Shown: positions 9,326 to 20,806 of the stretch, piece after piece
How positions within the stretch are numbered: the first letter of the stretch is position 1
Layout of the letters: each line of letters starts with the position of its first letter
Origin: Terriglobia bacterium
Lineage (GTDB): Bacteria; Acidobacteriota; Terriglobia; 20CM-2-55-15
Length of the DNA: 64,000 nt
Direction: 5' to 3'
Assembly: GCA_965206125.1 (NCBI GenBank)
Contig: CBDBIN010000044.1
Location: 365,019-429,018 of the forward strand
Notes under the pieces: generated by a model
Seen by the model: the letters and a program-made list of their open reading frames with translations, nothing else
Told to the model about the DNA's origin: nothing
Database searches by the model: none
Made by a program: the position numbers and the translations under genes

Positions 9326-11126
9326 GGCGGAAGACCAACGTCAGCCGAAAGGAAAACGGAACGGATTCGCCATTCCGTCGGGCTGGCTCGAACACCCAGC
9401 GGCGAACCGCTTCGAGGGAAAGCTCGCCCAGATCGGGAAGCGTGGCGTTCCGCACGCGTGCCTCGGCGACGGTTCCGCGACGGCCGAGATCGACATCCAG
9501 CACGACGCGCCCTTCGACGCGCTGCCTCCTCAACCGCTCCGGGTATTCGGGCAGGGGCGCCGATATCCCGATCGGCTCCACGACGTCCGCTGGGGGCGAA
9601 GAGGAGACCGACACGGTGACACGGCCGAACGGCACGGGCTCGGAGGGCGACGGGACCGGCCGCGGATCGACCCGGTCGGCGAGTGCCTGGACCTCGCGCC
9701 GGAGTTCGGCGACACGCGCGGACTCGACGGCCCTGCGGCGGTCTTCCAGCCGCCGGTCGAAGGTTCGGACGACCAGAGTGTAGTACTCCTCCGCGGTCGC
9801 ATCTGAATGCGGCAGATCGGCGGCCACTCGGATGCTCCGACGGGCGGCACCGTAGTCTCCGGAAAGCAGCCCGCACTCCGCAAGAATTTCAAAGAACCGG
9901 TCGCCGTATTCGGGTTCGAGCCGGAGCGCTTCACCGACCAGGACGATCCCCCGCTCGGGCTCGCCGTCCAACGCATATACAAGCCCCAGTTCGGCTCGGA
10001 CACGGCCGGAAAGAGGCTCCAGTTCGACGGCCCGTCGGAGCGACGCGATCTGCTCGCTCCGGTCGTCGGCCGACCCTACCGGCAACGTCCCGAGATAGAA
10101 GTGAATCATTCCTGATTCGGGGAACTGCTCGGCAAGCCGTTCGAGACCCCGGCGGAGTCCAACCTTGTTCCCCTCCGTCGCCAGCATGGCCAACCCGACA
10201 CTGGATCGTTCGAGAGCACTGGACGACTCGTAGTATCGCCGTGCCCGGCTTGGCCAGCCCGCCGACACCATAAGATCGCCACGGGCGGCGTCAAGTTCCT
10301 CCTGGGACAGTTCCCGCCCAGAGCCCATAGGTCGCACCGGCTCAAGGGGCAGAGGGGACTCGACGTACGAAAGCACCTCACGGGCCAGGACCTCCGGATC
10401 GACCTCCAGGGGCGCCCGGGAGCCGTCGGCGTTCGACAGGCCGGCAAAATACCGATCGAAAGCCGCACGGTGCCGATCGAGGAGGACTCTTAGCAGGTGG
10501 TAGGACTGGATTCGGAACCGCCCCCCGTCACCCAGGTCGTCGAAGGTCGGTCCGGAACGAATCCGCAACAGTTCATCGATGGGTTCGGCGTCCTCGCCCG
10601 AGACGGCGGAATCGCGGTCGTCGGTCCCGAGACGCCACAGGTACTCGCCGACGCCTTCCTGCAACCAAAGCGGCTGCCAGAGCGCGGACCGCGCGAGCAG
10701 CAAGTGGCCCAACTGATGGGCCACGTCCTTCGCGATATCCTCGGGCGATCGGTCCCGCGCGATGATAAACGCCCCGCCGGACCCGTCAACGAGGTATGCG
10801 CGGCGATTGGCCCGTCTCGGGGCCGCTGCTCCGGCGGTGCGTGCCGCCGCCGGGTTCAGCACTTTCTCGGGAATGGCCTCGGCAAACGACTCCTGGTCCC
10901 TCATCAGGAACACACCGATTGGCCCAGGCCGCGGCCCGATTTCGATTATCGTCCGGGAGAACGCAGCGTAGCGTGCCTCCAGATCCGCCACCAGCCTCTC
11001 GGCTTTTTCCAGGTCGGTATCGGTGTAAAGGACGAAGTGTTCAGTCTCGACCTCCAACCACGGACGGTCCTGCCCGCTGGCGGGCAATCCGGCGAAGAGG
11101 ATGCCGGCCAGCACGATTCGCGCCAT
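9318..11126 (-). CDS. Exported protein: peptidase-MA/DUF1570-like domain + TPR + C-terminal TonB_C domain
   Basis: Signal peptide; W-x-E-x-x-T-x-HF; HQLGH...WLQEG; Pro-rich linker; YPERLRRQRVEGRVVL...AVRRWVFEPA (TonB_C pattern). Confidence 0.75.
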   Translation of the reverse strand: MARIVLAGILFAGLPASGQDRPWLEVETEHFVLYTDTDLEKAERLVADLEARYAAFSRTIIEIGPRPGPIGVFLMRDQESFAEAIPEKVLNPAAARTAGAAAPRRANRRAYLVDGSGGAFIIARDRSPEDIAKDVAHQLGHLLLARSALWQPLWLQEGVGEYLWRLGTDDRDSAVSGEDAEPIDELLRIRSGPTFDDLGDGGRFRIQSYHLLRVLLDRHRAAFDRYFAGLSNADGSRAPLEVDPEVLAREVLSYVESPLPLEPVRPMGSGRELSQEELDAARGDLMVSAGWPSRARRYYESSSALERSSVGLAMLATEGNKVGLRRGLERLAEQFPESGMIHFYLGTLPVGSADDRSEQIASLRRAVELEPLSGRVRAELGLVYALDGEPERGIVLVGEALRLEPEYGDRFFEILAECGLLSGDYGAARRSIRVAADLPHSDATAEEYYTLVVRTFDRRLEDRRRAVESARVAELRREVQALADRVDPRPVPSPSEPVPFGRVTVSVSSSPPADVVEPIGISAPLPEYPERLRRQRVEGRVVLDVDLGRRGTVAEARVRNATLPDLGELSLEAVRRWVFEPARRNGESVPFSFRLTLVFRLD

Positions 11127-11202
11127 CGCTGGACGACCTTTGATACGCATACACCTGACAGGATACACCGCGGGTGTCGATAGCAGCTCTTCTACGGACG
11201 CT

Positions 11203-13101
11203 CTACCTGGCGTCGACAAACTCGATTTTGATAGGGACGCCTGCGAATTCGCTCCCTTCGGGCGGCGACAGGTATGTCACCACTACCGCAGCAGGAGGAT
11301 CCAGCGGACCGCAACTGATCTCCTCACCCACGTCGGAGGTGAAGGTCGCGAACTCGACGCGGTCGGGCGATCTCGTGTGGAATTGAAGTTCCCGGCCTTC
11401 CACGGTTACGGTCAAAGTCAGCCCGTCCCGGCAGTCGATGAGGCTCAGCAATCCGGTGTGCTGATCGCCCTGCGAGACCCGGCTTAGGCGAATCCGGTCG
11501 TCGGGCGCTATTGGCTCACGGGCATGCTCGGTGGAAACGGTGGCACTGATCTCGGGAACGATGGCGGAGGTCTGGGACGGCCTCGACGTGATTTCGTCGA
11601 ATCCTTCACCGACCAGCCCTCCGCCTCGCCCCCCGCCGGCCAGCGTGTCCAGCAGAGCCTGGGCCCTTTCACGGACGGCCGGGTCCTCGGACTCTTCGAG
11701 CACGCGCTCAAGGACGCTGCGCGCGGCCCCTATCGCGTCCTGCGCGATCAGCACCCGACTCAACGCGATGAGGTACCCCGTTTCTTCGGGTGCAAGGGTC
11801 AGCGCACGGTCGAGCAGCCTGGCCGCCTCGTCCAGGTCGTCAGCGGCATCGACGTAGGTCACCGCGAGTTCGTGGTATGAATCCGCGAAGGTCTCCCGCA
11901 GGGCGATGGACTGGCTGAGCCGTTCGCGAACCGTGGCCCGCTGCTCTGGCGTCAGGTCGGGGTTCAACCGACTGAAAGCTACCGCCCAGTTGTAGTAGGT
12001 CAAATAATTCGGCCCCTGACCTTCGATCGCTGTTTCCATAAGTTCCAGCGCGTCGGCGTAGCGTTCCTGCCGGATGCGCAACCCACCGAGCGACGTGTAA
12101 GGCTCAGACAGGCCGGGCTCACGGGCAATCGCGGCTTCCAGGCGGCGTTCCCCCTCATCTGAACGCCCCTGTTGAATCAGCAGATCCGCAATGTAGGTCT
12201 CGGCGCGCGCCGCTGAGAACGGATCGTCGTCCACTACGATATTGTCCTCGCTGAGCCCCTCCACACGCAGTGTCATGAAAGGCAGGCTGCGTTCACGGAC
12301 ATAGTCGGAGAACTCTTCCAGCACGCCGTCGAAGTTCACGCTGAAGGCAGTCTGAAAGGCCTGATCGAATTCCATGCCGGCAGCCATCATATGCACGAAA
12401 GCAGCCGTCTCGGCGAGTCCCGGTCCGCGGTTGCGCAGCATCAGGAAGTGAATCAGCCCCCAGGACTGCGCGTAGAAAACCTGGTCGCGGTCGAGCTCGT
12501 TCAGCAGGTCCGAGTCGGCTTCTGTGGCGAAGACGCCGGCGAACGGAAGCCGGTCGTCCTCGTCGCGGACCAGGCGGATGTGTTCCTCGATGGGCGCTCC
12601 GATCGTAAGCTGGTCGTCGTCAAAACCGATGGTGCTGTAGAACTCTGCCAGGCCCTCGACCATCCACACCGGCAGGTCGGGCAAGTTCTCTCGCGCGATG
12701 GAATGGAAGAAATCGTGCAGGATCGGCTCGAAAGGCTTGCGGCTGCGCGATTCGGGGGAAAGGATGATGTAGTTTTCGCTCGCGCCCCCAAAAAAGTACC
12801 CGTCGGCCAAGGGAGTCAGGCCCAGCTCTTCGACATCGTCGTCGTCGTCCAGGACGATGATCGTCGTCGCGGGCGGGGGCCGGAACTGCTGGCCCCGAAA
12901 CAGCGTGGCCATCGCCGTGTAGAATCCTTCCAGGCGCGCACCGATCTCCTGCAGGTCGTCGTCGTCTGCCGTACCGATAAGCCGGTAGTGTTGTGAGCTG
13001 GCGCTAATCCAATCTTGCGCCTCAACAGGGCTCGCGTTCAGTGCAATCAGAGTAGTGATCAGGATCCCGAGAATCGGTCTGCCAATACGTCTAGATCTCA
13101 T
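11203..13101 (-). CDS. Exported protein: peptidase-MA/DUF1570-like domain + TPR repeats
   Basis: Signal peptide; HDFFH...PVWMVEGLAEFY; FYAQSWGLIHFL; TPR-like helices. Confidence 0.7.
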   Translation of the reverse strand: MRSRRIGRPILGILITTLIALNASPVEAQDWISASSQHYRLIGTADDDDLQEIGARLEGFYTAMATLFRGQQFRPPPATTIIVLDDDDDVEELGLTPLADGYFFGGASENYIILSPESRSRKPFEPILHDFFHSIARENLPDLPVWMVEGLAEFYSTIGFDDDQLTIGAPIEEHIRLVRDEDDRLPFAGVFATEADSDLLNELDRDQVFYAQSWGLIHFLMLRNRGPGLAETAAFVHMMAAGMEFDQAFQTAFSVNFDGVLEEFSDYVRERSLPFMTLRVEGLSEDNIVVDDDPFSAARAETYIADLLIQQGRSDEGERRLEAAIAREPGLSEPYTSLGGLRIRQERYADALELMETAIEGQGPNYLTYYNWAVAFSRLNPDLTPEQRATVRERLSQSIALRETFADSYHELAVTYVDAADDLDEAARLLDRALTLAPEETGYLIALSRVLIAQDAIGAARSVLERVLEESEDPAVRERAQALLDTLAGGGRGGGLVGEGFDEITSRPSQTSAIVPEISATVSTEHAREPIAPDDRIRLSRVSQGDQHTGLLSLIDCRDGLTLTVTVEGRELQFHTRSPDRVEFATFTSDVGEEISCGPLDPPAAVVVTYLSPPEGSEFAGVPIKIEFVDAR

Positions 13102-13114
13102 CAGTCACCTACCT

Positions 13115-14677
13115 TCACAGCGGGATATTTCCGTGTTTCTTGGATGGGCTCGAATCGCGCTTCGTGTCCAGCATGCGCAGTGCTTCGATCAGTTTCGGTC
13201 GGGTCGAGGCCGGCTCGATCACTTCGTCGACGAACCCGTGCTCGGCCGCGATGTACGGGTTGGCGAACTTCTCGCGAAATTCGGCGACCTTCTCGGCCCG
13301 TACTTTCTCGACGTCATCTCCGGCTGCGGCCAACTCCCGACGGTGGATGATGTTGACCGCCCCCTCGGAACCCATCACTGCGATCTCCGCCGTCGGGAAA
13401 GCGTAGTTGACGTCCGTGCGGATGTGCTTGCTCGCCATGACGCAGTAAGCACCGCCGTAAGCCTTGCGGGTGATTACTGTGATCTTCGGCACTGTCGCCT
13501 CGGCGAACGCGTACAGCAGCTTCGCACCGTGTTTGATGATACCGCCGAATTCCTGGTTGGTTCCCGGGAGGAAGCCGGGAACGTCCTCGAAAGTAATCAG
13601 AGGGATATTGAACGCGTCACAGAACCTGACGAAGCGCGCTCCCTTTGCCGAAGAGTCGATGTCCAGGCAGCCCGCAAGGAATTGAGGCTGGTTCGCAACG
13701 ATGCCCACCGGGCGGCCGTCGAGCCGGGCAAACCCAATCACGATGTTCCGCGCGTAATGTTCGTGTACTTCGAAGAAGTAGTTGTCATCGACCACGGTGT
13801 GGATGACTTCCTTGATGTCGTAGGGGACGTCGGATTCTGCCGGGACTACTTGGTTCAACTTTTCCTCGGTCCGATCCCACGGGTCCGAGGTCGGGCGGAC
13901 CGGGGGGTCCTCCATGTTGTTGGAGGGTAGAAACGACAATAACTCTCTGACGAGCAGAAGGCACTCTTCATCGTTGGCCGCCAGAAAATGGGCGACTCCG
14001 CTCGTTGCGTTGTGAGTCGCAGCCCCGCCCAGTTCCTCCTTGGTTACCTCTTCGTGGGTAACCGTCTTGATGACGTCGGGACCGGTCACGAACATGTAGC
14101 TGGTCTTGTCCACCATCAGGATGAAATCCGTGATGGCAGGCGAATAGACGGCTCCGCCCGCACACGGTCCGAGGATGGCGGAAATCTGAGGCACTACCCC
14201 TGAGGCGAGAGTATTGCGTAAGAAGATGTCCGCGTAGCCGCCCAGCGACACGACACCCTCCTGGATGCGGGCTCCGCCTGAATCGTTCAGGCCGATGAGG
14301 GGAGCCCCCACTTTCATGGAAAGATCCATGATCTTGCAGATTTTGTTGGCGTTGGTCTCGCTCAACGAGCCGCCGAAGACGGTGAAATCCTGGGCGAAGA
14401 CGTACACGAGACGCCCATCGATCCTCCCATAGCCGGTGATGAATCCATCGCCCGGGTACTGATGGGCGTCCATCCCGAAGTCCGTGCCGCGGTGCCTGAC
14501 AAACTTGCCGAGTTCCTGGAACGAGCCTTGATCCAGGAGCAGATCGATTCGCTCCCTGGCGGTCTTCTTTCCCTCGGACCGCTGCCGCTCCATGCGGGCA
14601 GCGCCGCCGCCTTCCTCGGCCTTGGCGTTGAGCCTTCTGAGTTGCTCGAGTTTGTCGTTTGCCGTGACCTTCGTCAT
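13115..14677 (-). CDS. pccB: Acyl-CoA carboxylase/decarboxylase carboxyltransferase subunit (PccB/MmdA family)
   Basis: [33 protein letters not shown]-terminal KKHGNIPL. Confidence 0.92.
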   Translation of the reverse strand: MTKVTANDKLEQLRRLNAKAEEGGGAARMERQRSEGKKTARERIDLLLDQGSFQELGKFVRHRGTDFGMDAHQYPGDGFITGYGRIDGRLVYVFAQDFTVFGGSLSETNANKICKIMDLSMKVGAPLIGLNDSGGARIQEGVVSLGGYADIFLRNTLASGVVPQISAILGPCAGGAVYSPAITDFILMVDKTSYMFVTGPDVIKTVTHEEVTKEELGGAATHNATSGVAHFLAANDEECLLLVRELLSFLPSNNMEDPPVRPTSDPWDRTEEKLNQVVPAESDVPYDIKEVIHTVVDDNYFFEVHEHYARNIVIGFARLDGRPVGIVANQPQFLAGCLDIDSSAKGARFVRFCDAFNIPLITFEDVPGFLPGTNQEFGGIIKHGAKLLYAFAEATVPKITVITRKAYGGAYCVMASKHIRTDVNYAFPTAEIAVMGSEGAVNIIHRRELAAAGDDVEKVRAEKVAEFREKFANPYIAAEHGFVDEVIEPASTRPKLIEALRMLDTKRDSSPSKKHGNIPL

Positions 14678-14717
14678 AGGAACACAACCGAAGCGCGGTC
14701 GGAAACCGCGGAGAGGA

Positions 14718-15374
14718 CTATTCCCGGACCGGCTCGGCCATTTTCTCCCAGTCCTTGAGGAACTGCGCGAGGCCGATGTCGGTAAGCGGATGTTTCATGA
14801 GCTGGTAGAAGACCTTCGACGGCATGGTGCAGATGTCGGCGCCGACGCGGCCTGCAGCGACGATGTGCATGGGGCTTCGAATCGAAGCCGTGAGCACTTC
14901 GGTACTGAAATCGTAGTTGTCGTAAATCGTCACGATATCGGCAATCAGTCCCATTCCGTCCTGCGAAATGTCGTCCAGGCGGCCTACGAAAGGACTGACG
15001 AAGACTGCGCCAGCCTTGGCGGCCATGATGGCCTGGGGCGCGGAAAAAACCAGCGTCACGTTGACCTTGATGTTCTCATCGCTGAGCGTCTTGGTCGCCT
15101 TGAGCCCCTCCAGCGTGAACGGACACTTGACGACGATATTGGGATGAATCCGCGCGAGACTGCGGCCCTCCTCCACCATTCCCGTGGCATCCAGGCTGAC
15201 GACTTCGGCGCTGACGGGACCGTCAATGATGGAACATATCTGGAGCAGCTGATCTTCAAAACCGTTGCCTTCTTTGGCGATCAGCGAGGGATTGGTCGTG
15301 ATGCCGTCCAGAATACCGGTGCTGGCCACTTCGCGGATCTCTTCCAGGTTCGCGGTGTCGAGGAAGAATTTCAT
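14718..15374 (-). CDS. fsa: Transaldolase / fructose-6-phosphate aldolase (short family)
   Basis: [26 protein letters not shown] and HPLTDIGL motifs. Confidence 0.92.
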   Translation of the reverse strand: MKFFLDTANLEEIREVASTGILDGITTNPSLIAKEGNGFEDQLLQICSIIDGPVSAEVVSLDATGMVEEGRSLARIHPNIVVKCPFTLEGLKATKTLSDENIKVNVTLVFSAPQAIMAAKAGAVFVSPFVGRLDDISQDGMGLIADIVTIYDNYDFSTEVLTASIRSPMHIVAAGRVGADICTMPSKVFYQLMKHPLTDIGLAQFLKDWEKMAEPVRE

Positions 15375-15487
15375 GCTGGGCGTTCTCCTATTCGGAAAGT
15401 TTTCCCTCTCGGGGTCCGGGCCCATTCTACCGGATTTCTTTCCATCGACCATCGACCAATGACCATTGATCATTTGTCATCTGACTC

Positions 15488-16819
15488 CACTGCTGTCCGG
15501 ACGTCGGAGGGCTAGAGCCCAGTAAGTGTTTGATTGGGAATGAATAACTCATGGTTTTGTTTGGTCTCGATTTGAAACGTTGCTCATCGATTTGCGACCC
15601 TGCGAGGAACTCAATCGCGGGAGGCATCGATGAACCTGGGAAAGCTGGTGTTCGCGCAAGTCACACAACATCTGCCGCTGACAACGTTTCGACGGTGCGT
15701 GGCCCGGTACGCTGGAGAGCGCAAGGTGAAGAGCTTTTCCTGCCTCGATCAATACTTGTGCATGGCGTTCGCTCAACTGACCTATCGGGCTTCCAAAAGT
15801 CTGCGCGACATCGAAGCGTGTCTGCGAGCGCAAGAAACCAAGCTCTACCACATGGGCATTCAGGGCCGAGTGTCGCGCAGCACGCTTGCCGATGCCAACC
15901 AAGTGCGCGACTGGCGCATCTACGCCGACTTTGCGCAGTCTCTGATCCGGATTGCTCGGCGTTTGTATGCGGACGAAACCGTTTGGCGTCGATCTGAAAG
16001 AGACGGTCTACGCCTTGGATGCCAGTACCATCGACTTGTGTCTCTCGGTGTTTTCCTGGGCACCGTTTCGCTCGGCCAAAGCGGCGATCAAACTGCACAC
16101 GCTTTTGGACCTGCGCGGCAATATCCCTTCGTTCATCCATATCAGCGACGGCAAGCTTCACGACGTGAATGTTCTGGACCTGTTGCTGCCCGAACCAGGA
16201 GCCTTCTACATCATGGACCGTGCCTACATCGACTTCCGCCGTCTCTACGGTCTTCACCAGGCAGGCAGCTTCTTTGTGACCCGAGCCAAGTCCAATCTCA
16301 AAGCCCGGTGCCGCTACTCTCATACCGTCGATCGGAACTCCGGATTGATCTGCGATCAGACCATCATGCTGACTGGCTTCTACACGCGCCAAGACTTCGA
16401 AGCGCCTTTGCGCCGCATCCGATTCAAAGATCCCAAAACCGGAAAGCGGTTGGTGTTCCTGACCAACAACTTCACGCTGCCGGCAATCACTATCACCGAG
16501 CTTTATCGATGCCGGTGGCAGGTCGAGTTGTTCTTCAAATGGATCAAGCAGCATCTTCGTATCAAAGTTTTCTTTGGCACTTCCGAGAACGCTGTCAAAA
16601 CTCAAGTGTGGATTGCTGTCTCCACTTACCTGCTGGTCGCTATCGTGAAAAAACGACTCCACATCTCGGCCAGCTTGTATGAAATGCTACAGATTCTGAG
16701 TCTGACCATGTTCGAACGAATCCCATTGGATCAACTACTTAACAACATCGCTACCGATGAGGATCTGTGCTTTTCGACTAATCAACTGAATCTATTCAAC
16801 TAACGTCCGGACAGCAGTG
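15488..16819 (+). mobile_element. IS4-family insertion sequence, 1332 bp
   Basis: Perfect 17 bp terminal inverted repeats CACTGCTGTCCGGACGT (15488-15504 and 16803-16819), flanked by a 9 bp direct repeat ATCTGACTC (15479-15487 and 16820-16828). Confidence 0.93.
15630..16803 (+). pseudogene. IS4 DDE transposase (DUF4372 + DDE_Tnp_1), frameshifted near 15977
   Basis: N-terminal half (AQLTYR..SLRDIE) and C-terminal half (DASTIDL, MDRAY, YRCRWQVELFFKWIKQ) are in different frames; removing one A from AAA at 15976-15978 joins them. Confidence 0.85.
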
Positions 16820-16946
16820 ATCTGACTCCGAAAATAAAAAATGATCAATGTCGATGGTCAATGGTCGATATGCGATGTCAAATCCCAAATGACAACTGCC
16901 TGACAGCCTGTGGCAAAGCATTGCGGGGTTCCCTCACAATCAGCCG

Positions 16947-17924
16947 CTACGACACCGGCCCGGACATCGGACTTTCGTTGCCCGACCGATCGATGGCGGA
17001 AACCACGTATGCATAGCCGGGACGGTACTCCGGGTCGAAAAGAGCCGTCGTGGTCTGGGCGTCATCACCAACGGTTTCGAATGGCCGATCCGGATCCTCC
17101 CGGCGGAACACCCGGTACCGGACCAGATCGGTCTCGGGGCCGGCTACCCAGTGTAGGGCGGCGCCACTTCCGGCCGGCCCCGGCGTAAGGGCAAGACCCG
17201 TGGGCGCTGCTGGCGGAGTGTGGTCCTGCGCGATGAATGGCAGTGGCTCTGAGGCCACGCCCTCGATCCAGACTCCGTCTCCCTGGCGCACAGCCAGGAC
17301 AGCGTACTCGTAAACATCTCCCTCCTGCACAGCCCCATCGTCATACCGGGTCTCCAAGGAGGGCTGCGCTTCCAGCATCGCTCCCGATCGGTACACGCGG
17401 TACGCCCCGACAAGCCCGGACCCTTCGGATGGAGCATCCCATTCGAGACGAACCCGCTCCTGGTCGAACGTTGCGCGCAACCCCGCAACCGGACCCGGGA
17501 CATCGACAACCGAAGCGATCACGCGGTTGGACTCGGCGGAAGTCCGCTCTCGGAGAGTGGCGACACGAACAGTGAACGGTATCCGGCTCCCGACCAGGTC
17601 GCGCCCGTCGACCCGGAGCGTCTGGGCCTGGCCCGGGCCCGACACGGCAACAGTCGCAACGACCTGGCCGCCGCCGAGAAGGACCACTCTGTCCAGGTCG
17701 GTCGAGCCAGACCCGTCGACGTTCACGAGCGGGTTGGTCCAGTTGAACCAAAGCTCGTAGCCGCGCTGCCGAACGCCGAGGTCGTCCACAGGCGCAGGAA
17801 CACGTATAAAGGGAGGCAGTGGGTCGCCAACCTTGCCGCAAGCGGCAGTCAGGATCGAAATGGCGACGATGAAGACAGCGAGCGGGAACGAGCCCGGGCC
17901 GTTCCCGATGGATGGATACGTCAC
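16947..17924 (-). CDS. Lipoprotein with fibronectin type III repeats
   Basis: Lipobox LTAAC-GKVGDPLPP; DHTPPAAPTGL; YVVSAIDRSGNES. Confidence 0.8.
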   Translation of the reverse strand: MTYPSIGNGPGSFPLAVFIVAISILTAACGKVGDPLPPFIRVPAPVDDLGVRQRGYELWFNWTNPLVNVDGSGSTDLDRVVLLGGGQVVATVAVSGPGQAQTLRVDGRDLVGSRIPFTVRVATLRERTSAESNRVIASVVDVPGPVAGLRATFDQERVRLEWDAPSEGSGLVGAYRVYRSGAMLEAQPSLETRYDDGAVQEGDVYEYAVLAVRQGDGVWIEGVASEPLPFIAQDHTPPAAPTGLALTPGPAGSGAALHWVAGPETDLVRYRVFRREDPDRPFETVGDDAQTTTALFDPEYRPGYAYVVSAIDRSGNESPMSGPVS

Positions 17925-17940
17925 CCGCCTCGTCGCCCGA

Positions 17941-19323
17941 TTACAGGATGTAGCGGCTCAGGTCCTGGTCCTTGACGATGTCGCTGAGCATTTTTTCGAC
18001 GTAGGCCGCATCGATCTCGACGTTTTTCTGCTTGAGATCCGGGCCTTCGAAGGACAGTTCATCGAGGAGTTTTTCCATGATCGTATGGAGCCGCCGGGCT
18101 CCGATGTTCTCGGTATTCTCGTTCACCATTGCGGCAAAACGGGCAATCTCGAAGACCGCCTCGTCGGTGAAGCTGAGCCGGGTGCCCTCGGTTTCCATCA
18201 GCGCGACGTATTGCTTGATCAGCGCGTTCTGAGGCTCGGTAAGGATGCGTACGAAGTCCTCCACGGTCAGTGAATCCAGCTCCACTCGGATCGGAAACCG
18301 ACCCTGCAGTTCCGGGATCAGGTCTGACGGCTTGCTGACGTGAAAAGCTCCGGCAGCAAAAAAGAGAATATGGTCGGTCCGTATCATCCCGTAGCGGGTG
18401 CTTACGGTCGTCCCCTCGACGATCGGCAGGATGTCCCGCTGGACGCCCTCGCGGCTGACATCCGGCCCATGTCCGGACTCGCGCCCGGCAATCTTGTCGA
18501 TTTCGTCGAGGAAGATAATGCCGTTGTTTTCGACCCGCTCGACGGCGATCCTTGTAACCTGGTCCATGTCGACCAGCTTCTGTTCCTCTTCCTGGATGAG
18601 GTACTCGATCGCCTCGACGACCTTCGTCCTGCGCTTCTTCGAGCGCTGGCCGAGGAAACCCGGGAGGATATCCTTGATGTTGATATCCATATCCTCGATG
18701 CCGCTATTGGAGATGATCTCTAACGCCGGAAAACTGCGCTCCTTGACCTCGACTTCGACCGTGCGGTCGTCGAGCTTCCCATCCTGCAACTGCGCCCGAA
18801 GCTTCTCGCGGGTCCGTTTCCACTGATCCCTGGCCTGCTCCCGGGACGGCTCGTCGGCATCAGCGCTCGTCGGGAGGGGTGGCAGCAACAGATCCAGGAT
18901 CCGTTCCTCGGCATTCAACTCGGCCTTCTCGGCGACCTCTTCGAGCTTCTCGTTCCGGACCATATCGATGGCGAGTTCCACCAGATCCCGAATCATCGAC
19001 TCCACATCCCGACCGACGTAACCGACCTCGGTGAACTTGGAAGCTTCCACCTTCAGGAACGGCGAATTGGCCAACTTCGCCAGGCGCCGGGCCAACTCGG
19101 TCTTTCCGACTCCGGTTGGTCCGATCATGATGATGTTCTTAGGCATGACCTCGTCGGCCATTTCGGGAGGCAGTTTCTGGCGCCTTACGCGGTTTCGCAG
19201 CGCGATTGCCACGGCCCGTTTCGCGGCGGCCTGGCCGATCACGTACTTGTCCAACTCCCCCACGGTTTCGCGAGGAGTCAGATCGTCCAGATGCGGGGTC
19301 GGAACCGAATCGTAGGCAAACAT
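17941..19323 (-). CDS. hslU: ATP-dependent protease ATPase subunit HslU
   Basis: [40 protein letters not shown]-terminal DLSRYIL. Confidence 0.97.
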   Translation of the reverse strand: MFAYDSVPTPHLDDLTPRETVGELDKYVIGQAAAKRAVAIALRNRVRRQKLPPEMADEVMPKNIIMIGPTGVGKTELARRLAKLANSPFLKVEASKFTEVGYVGRDVESMIRDLVELAIDMVRNEKLEEVAEKAELNAEERILDLLLPPLPTSADADEPSREQARDQWKRTREKLRAQLQDGKLDDRTVEVEVKERSFPALEIISNSGIEDMDINIKDILPGFLGQRSKKRRTKVVEAIEYLIQEEEQKLVDMDQVTRIAVERVENNGIIFLDEIDKIAGRESGHGPDVSREGVQRDILPIVEGTTVSTRYGMIRTDHILFFAAGAFHVSKPSDLIPELQGRFPIRVELDSLTVEDFVRILTEPQNALIKQYVALMETEGTRLSFTDEAVFEIARFAAMVNENTENIGARRLHTIMEKLLDELSFEGPDLKQKNVEIDAAYVEKMLSDIVKDQDLSRYIL

Positions 19324-19385
19324 AACGGGTCTAAGAGTCTATCATCGCGCGCGCCAACACACCGGGGTGAAAGTCGGTTCTACAG

Positions 19386-19440
19386 TGTGGGGGCGGTCTA
19401 CGACGGCCCATCGTTCAGTGCTTACGGAGCGCCGCTACAG
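19386..19440. repeat. GTAG-type REP doublet (degenerate)
   Basis: TGTGGGGGCGGTCTACGACGGCCC...GAGCGCCGCTACAG; resembles the copies at 46083 and 48051. Confidence 0.6.
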
Positions 19441-19466
19441 CTTTAGGCGACTTCCACAACGGACTC

Positions 19467-20003
19467 CTAAAGCTCTTCCACGGTCAAGTTGGAGTTGGTG
19501 TAAATACAGATATCGGCGGCGATCTTGAGCGCCTGTTCGGCGATCTCCCGCGCGCCCAGGCTTGAATGCTCCGACAGTGCCCTGGCTGCGGCCAGGGCGT
19601 AGGGGCCTCCCGAACCGATGCCGAGAATGCCGTCATCCGGCTCGATCAGGTCGCCGGTACCCGATATCAGGAATGTGATTTTTTGATCCGCGACGATCAT
19701 TACTGCCTCGAGATGGCGCAGGCTCTTGTCGGTGCGCCAGTCGCGCGCCAATTCGACGGCCGCGCGGCTGAGGTTGCCGTGAAACTGCTCCAACTTGGCT
19801 TCGAAGCGGGAAAATAGCGCGAAGCTGTCTGCGGACGAGCCCGCGAAGGCGGCGAGGATCCGGTCGTTGTACAACCTCCGGATCTTCCGGGCTCCGTGCT
19901 TGATCACCGTGTCGCCGAGCGTGACCTGGCCGTCGCCGGCAAGAGCGACTTTTCCGCCTTTGCGCACACAGATAATGGTTGTCGCGTGAGCCCTGACAGG
20001 CAT
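19467..20003 (-). CDS. hslV: ATP-dependent protease subunit HslV
   Basis: HATTI N-terminal Thr nucleophile, AGDGQVT, GSGGPYA, ICIYTN. Confidence 0.97.
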   Translation of the reverse strand: MPVRAHATTIICVRKGGKVALAGDGQVTLGDTVIKHGARKIRRLYNDRILAAFAGSSADSFALFSRFEAKLEQFHGNLSRAAVELARDWRTDKSLRHLEAVMIVADQKITFLISGTGDLIEPDDGILGIGSGGPYALAAARALSEHSSLGAREIAEQALKIAADICIYTNSNLTVEEL

Positions 20004-20005
20004 AC

Positions 20006-20749
20006 TCAGTCCAACGGCGACGCCATGAAGAACCGATCCTGAAGGCCGTTGTTGTAACGCACCTCCTCGAAGCGGATCTGCATGGTCTTCAGACCGTCGG
20101 TATACCGGTCGATGAGCAGAGGGGTCAACACACCCTGAATGTCGTGGTAGTTGCTGTACACCTCTTCATGAACGCTGGGGTCGGACAGACGGCGGACGGT
20201 CTTCCTCATCAGCAATCCGTCGGCGCGGTCAATATAGAGGTTGATCCGCGTTCGGTCTTCATCGCGAATCTCAAGGATGTCGACCCGCTTGAAGTCAATC
20301 ATGTCGCGGCCGACGTACTGCAGCGTGGTTTCCTCCTGGTCGAGGACAACCCGCAGCAGAAAATCGAGTGTGACCTTGAACTCATCCCAGAACACCTCGA
20401 TCTGTTCGGGAAGTTGTTCGTCGACTTTCTTCCCCTTGTCCGTGATGTTCCAGCCTTCCCGACCGTTGTTGATGCGAACGGTTTCTCCCTTCTCGCCGAA
20501 CTCGGTCCGTTCCTTGTCGGGAAACTTAAGGTAGTCGGTGAATACGTCTCCGCTGGAAAGCTCTCCGTCCTGGAACTGATAGTAGCGCCCGACCGCTTCG
20601 ACGTCCGCCACAGCGAGGTAAGTCTCGCCGCCCAGGGTTTCGATTGCGCGCTCGAGGATCTCGCGCGCGTTTGCCTGCGCCCGCACTTCGGCGGGTAAGA
20701 CGGAAGTCGCCAGGAACACCGATACCGCCAGCACAAAGAGTCTCTTCAT
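20006..20749 (-). CDS. Exported protein, LolA/outer-membrane lipoprotein-sorting-like fold
   Basis: Signal peptide MKRLFVLAV; beta-rich; pattern LYID...GL, YSNY..IQG, YN.GL.D..F. Confidence 0.6.
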   Translation of the reverse strand: MKRLFVLAVSVFLATSVLPAEVRAQANAREILERAIETLGGETYLAVADVEAVGRYYQFQDGELSSGDVFTDYLKFPDKERTEFGEKGETVRINNGREGWNITDKGKKVDEQLPEQIEVFWDEFKVTLDFLLRVVLDQEETTLQYVGRDMIDFKRVDILEIRDEDRTRINLYIDRADGLLMRKTVRRLSDPSVHEEVYSNYHDIQGVLTPLLIDRYTDGLKTMQIRFEEVRYNNGLQDRFFMASPLD

Positions 20750-20806
20750 AATTAGTCCCCAATTATAGCCAAAGTAACGTTCGCTCGCGGTTTTTCGCAC
20801 GATCCT

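Noticed and set aside
15970-15985. Programmed frameshift in the IS4 transposase
   Set aside because: No slippery heptamer is present, and IS4 transposases are normally single ORFs
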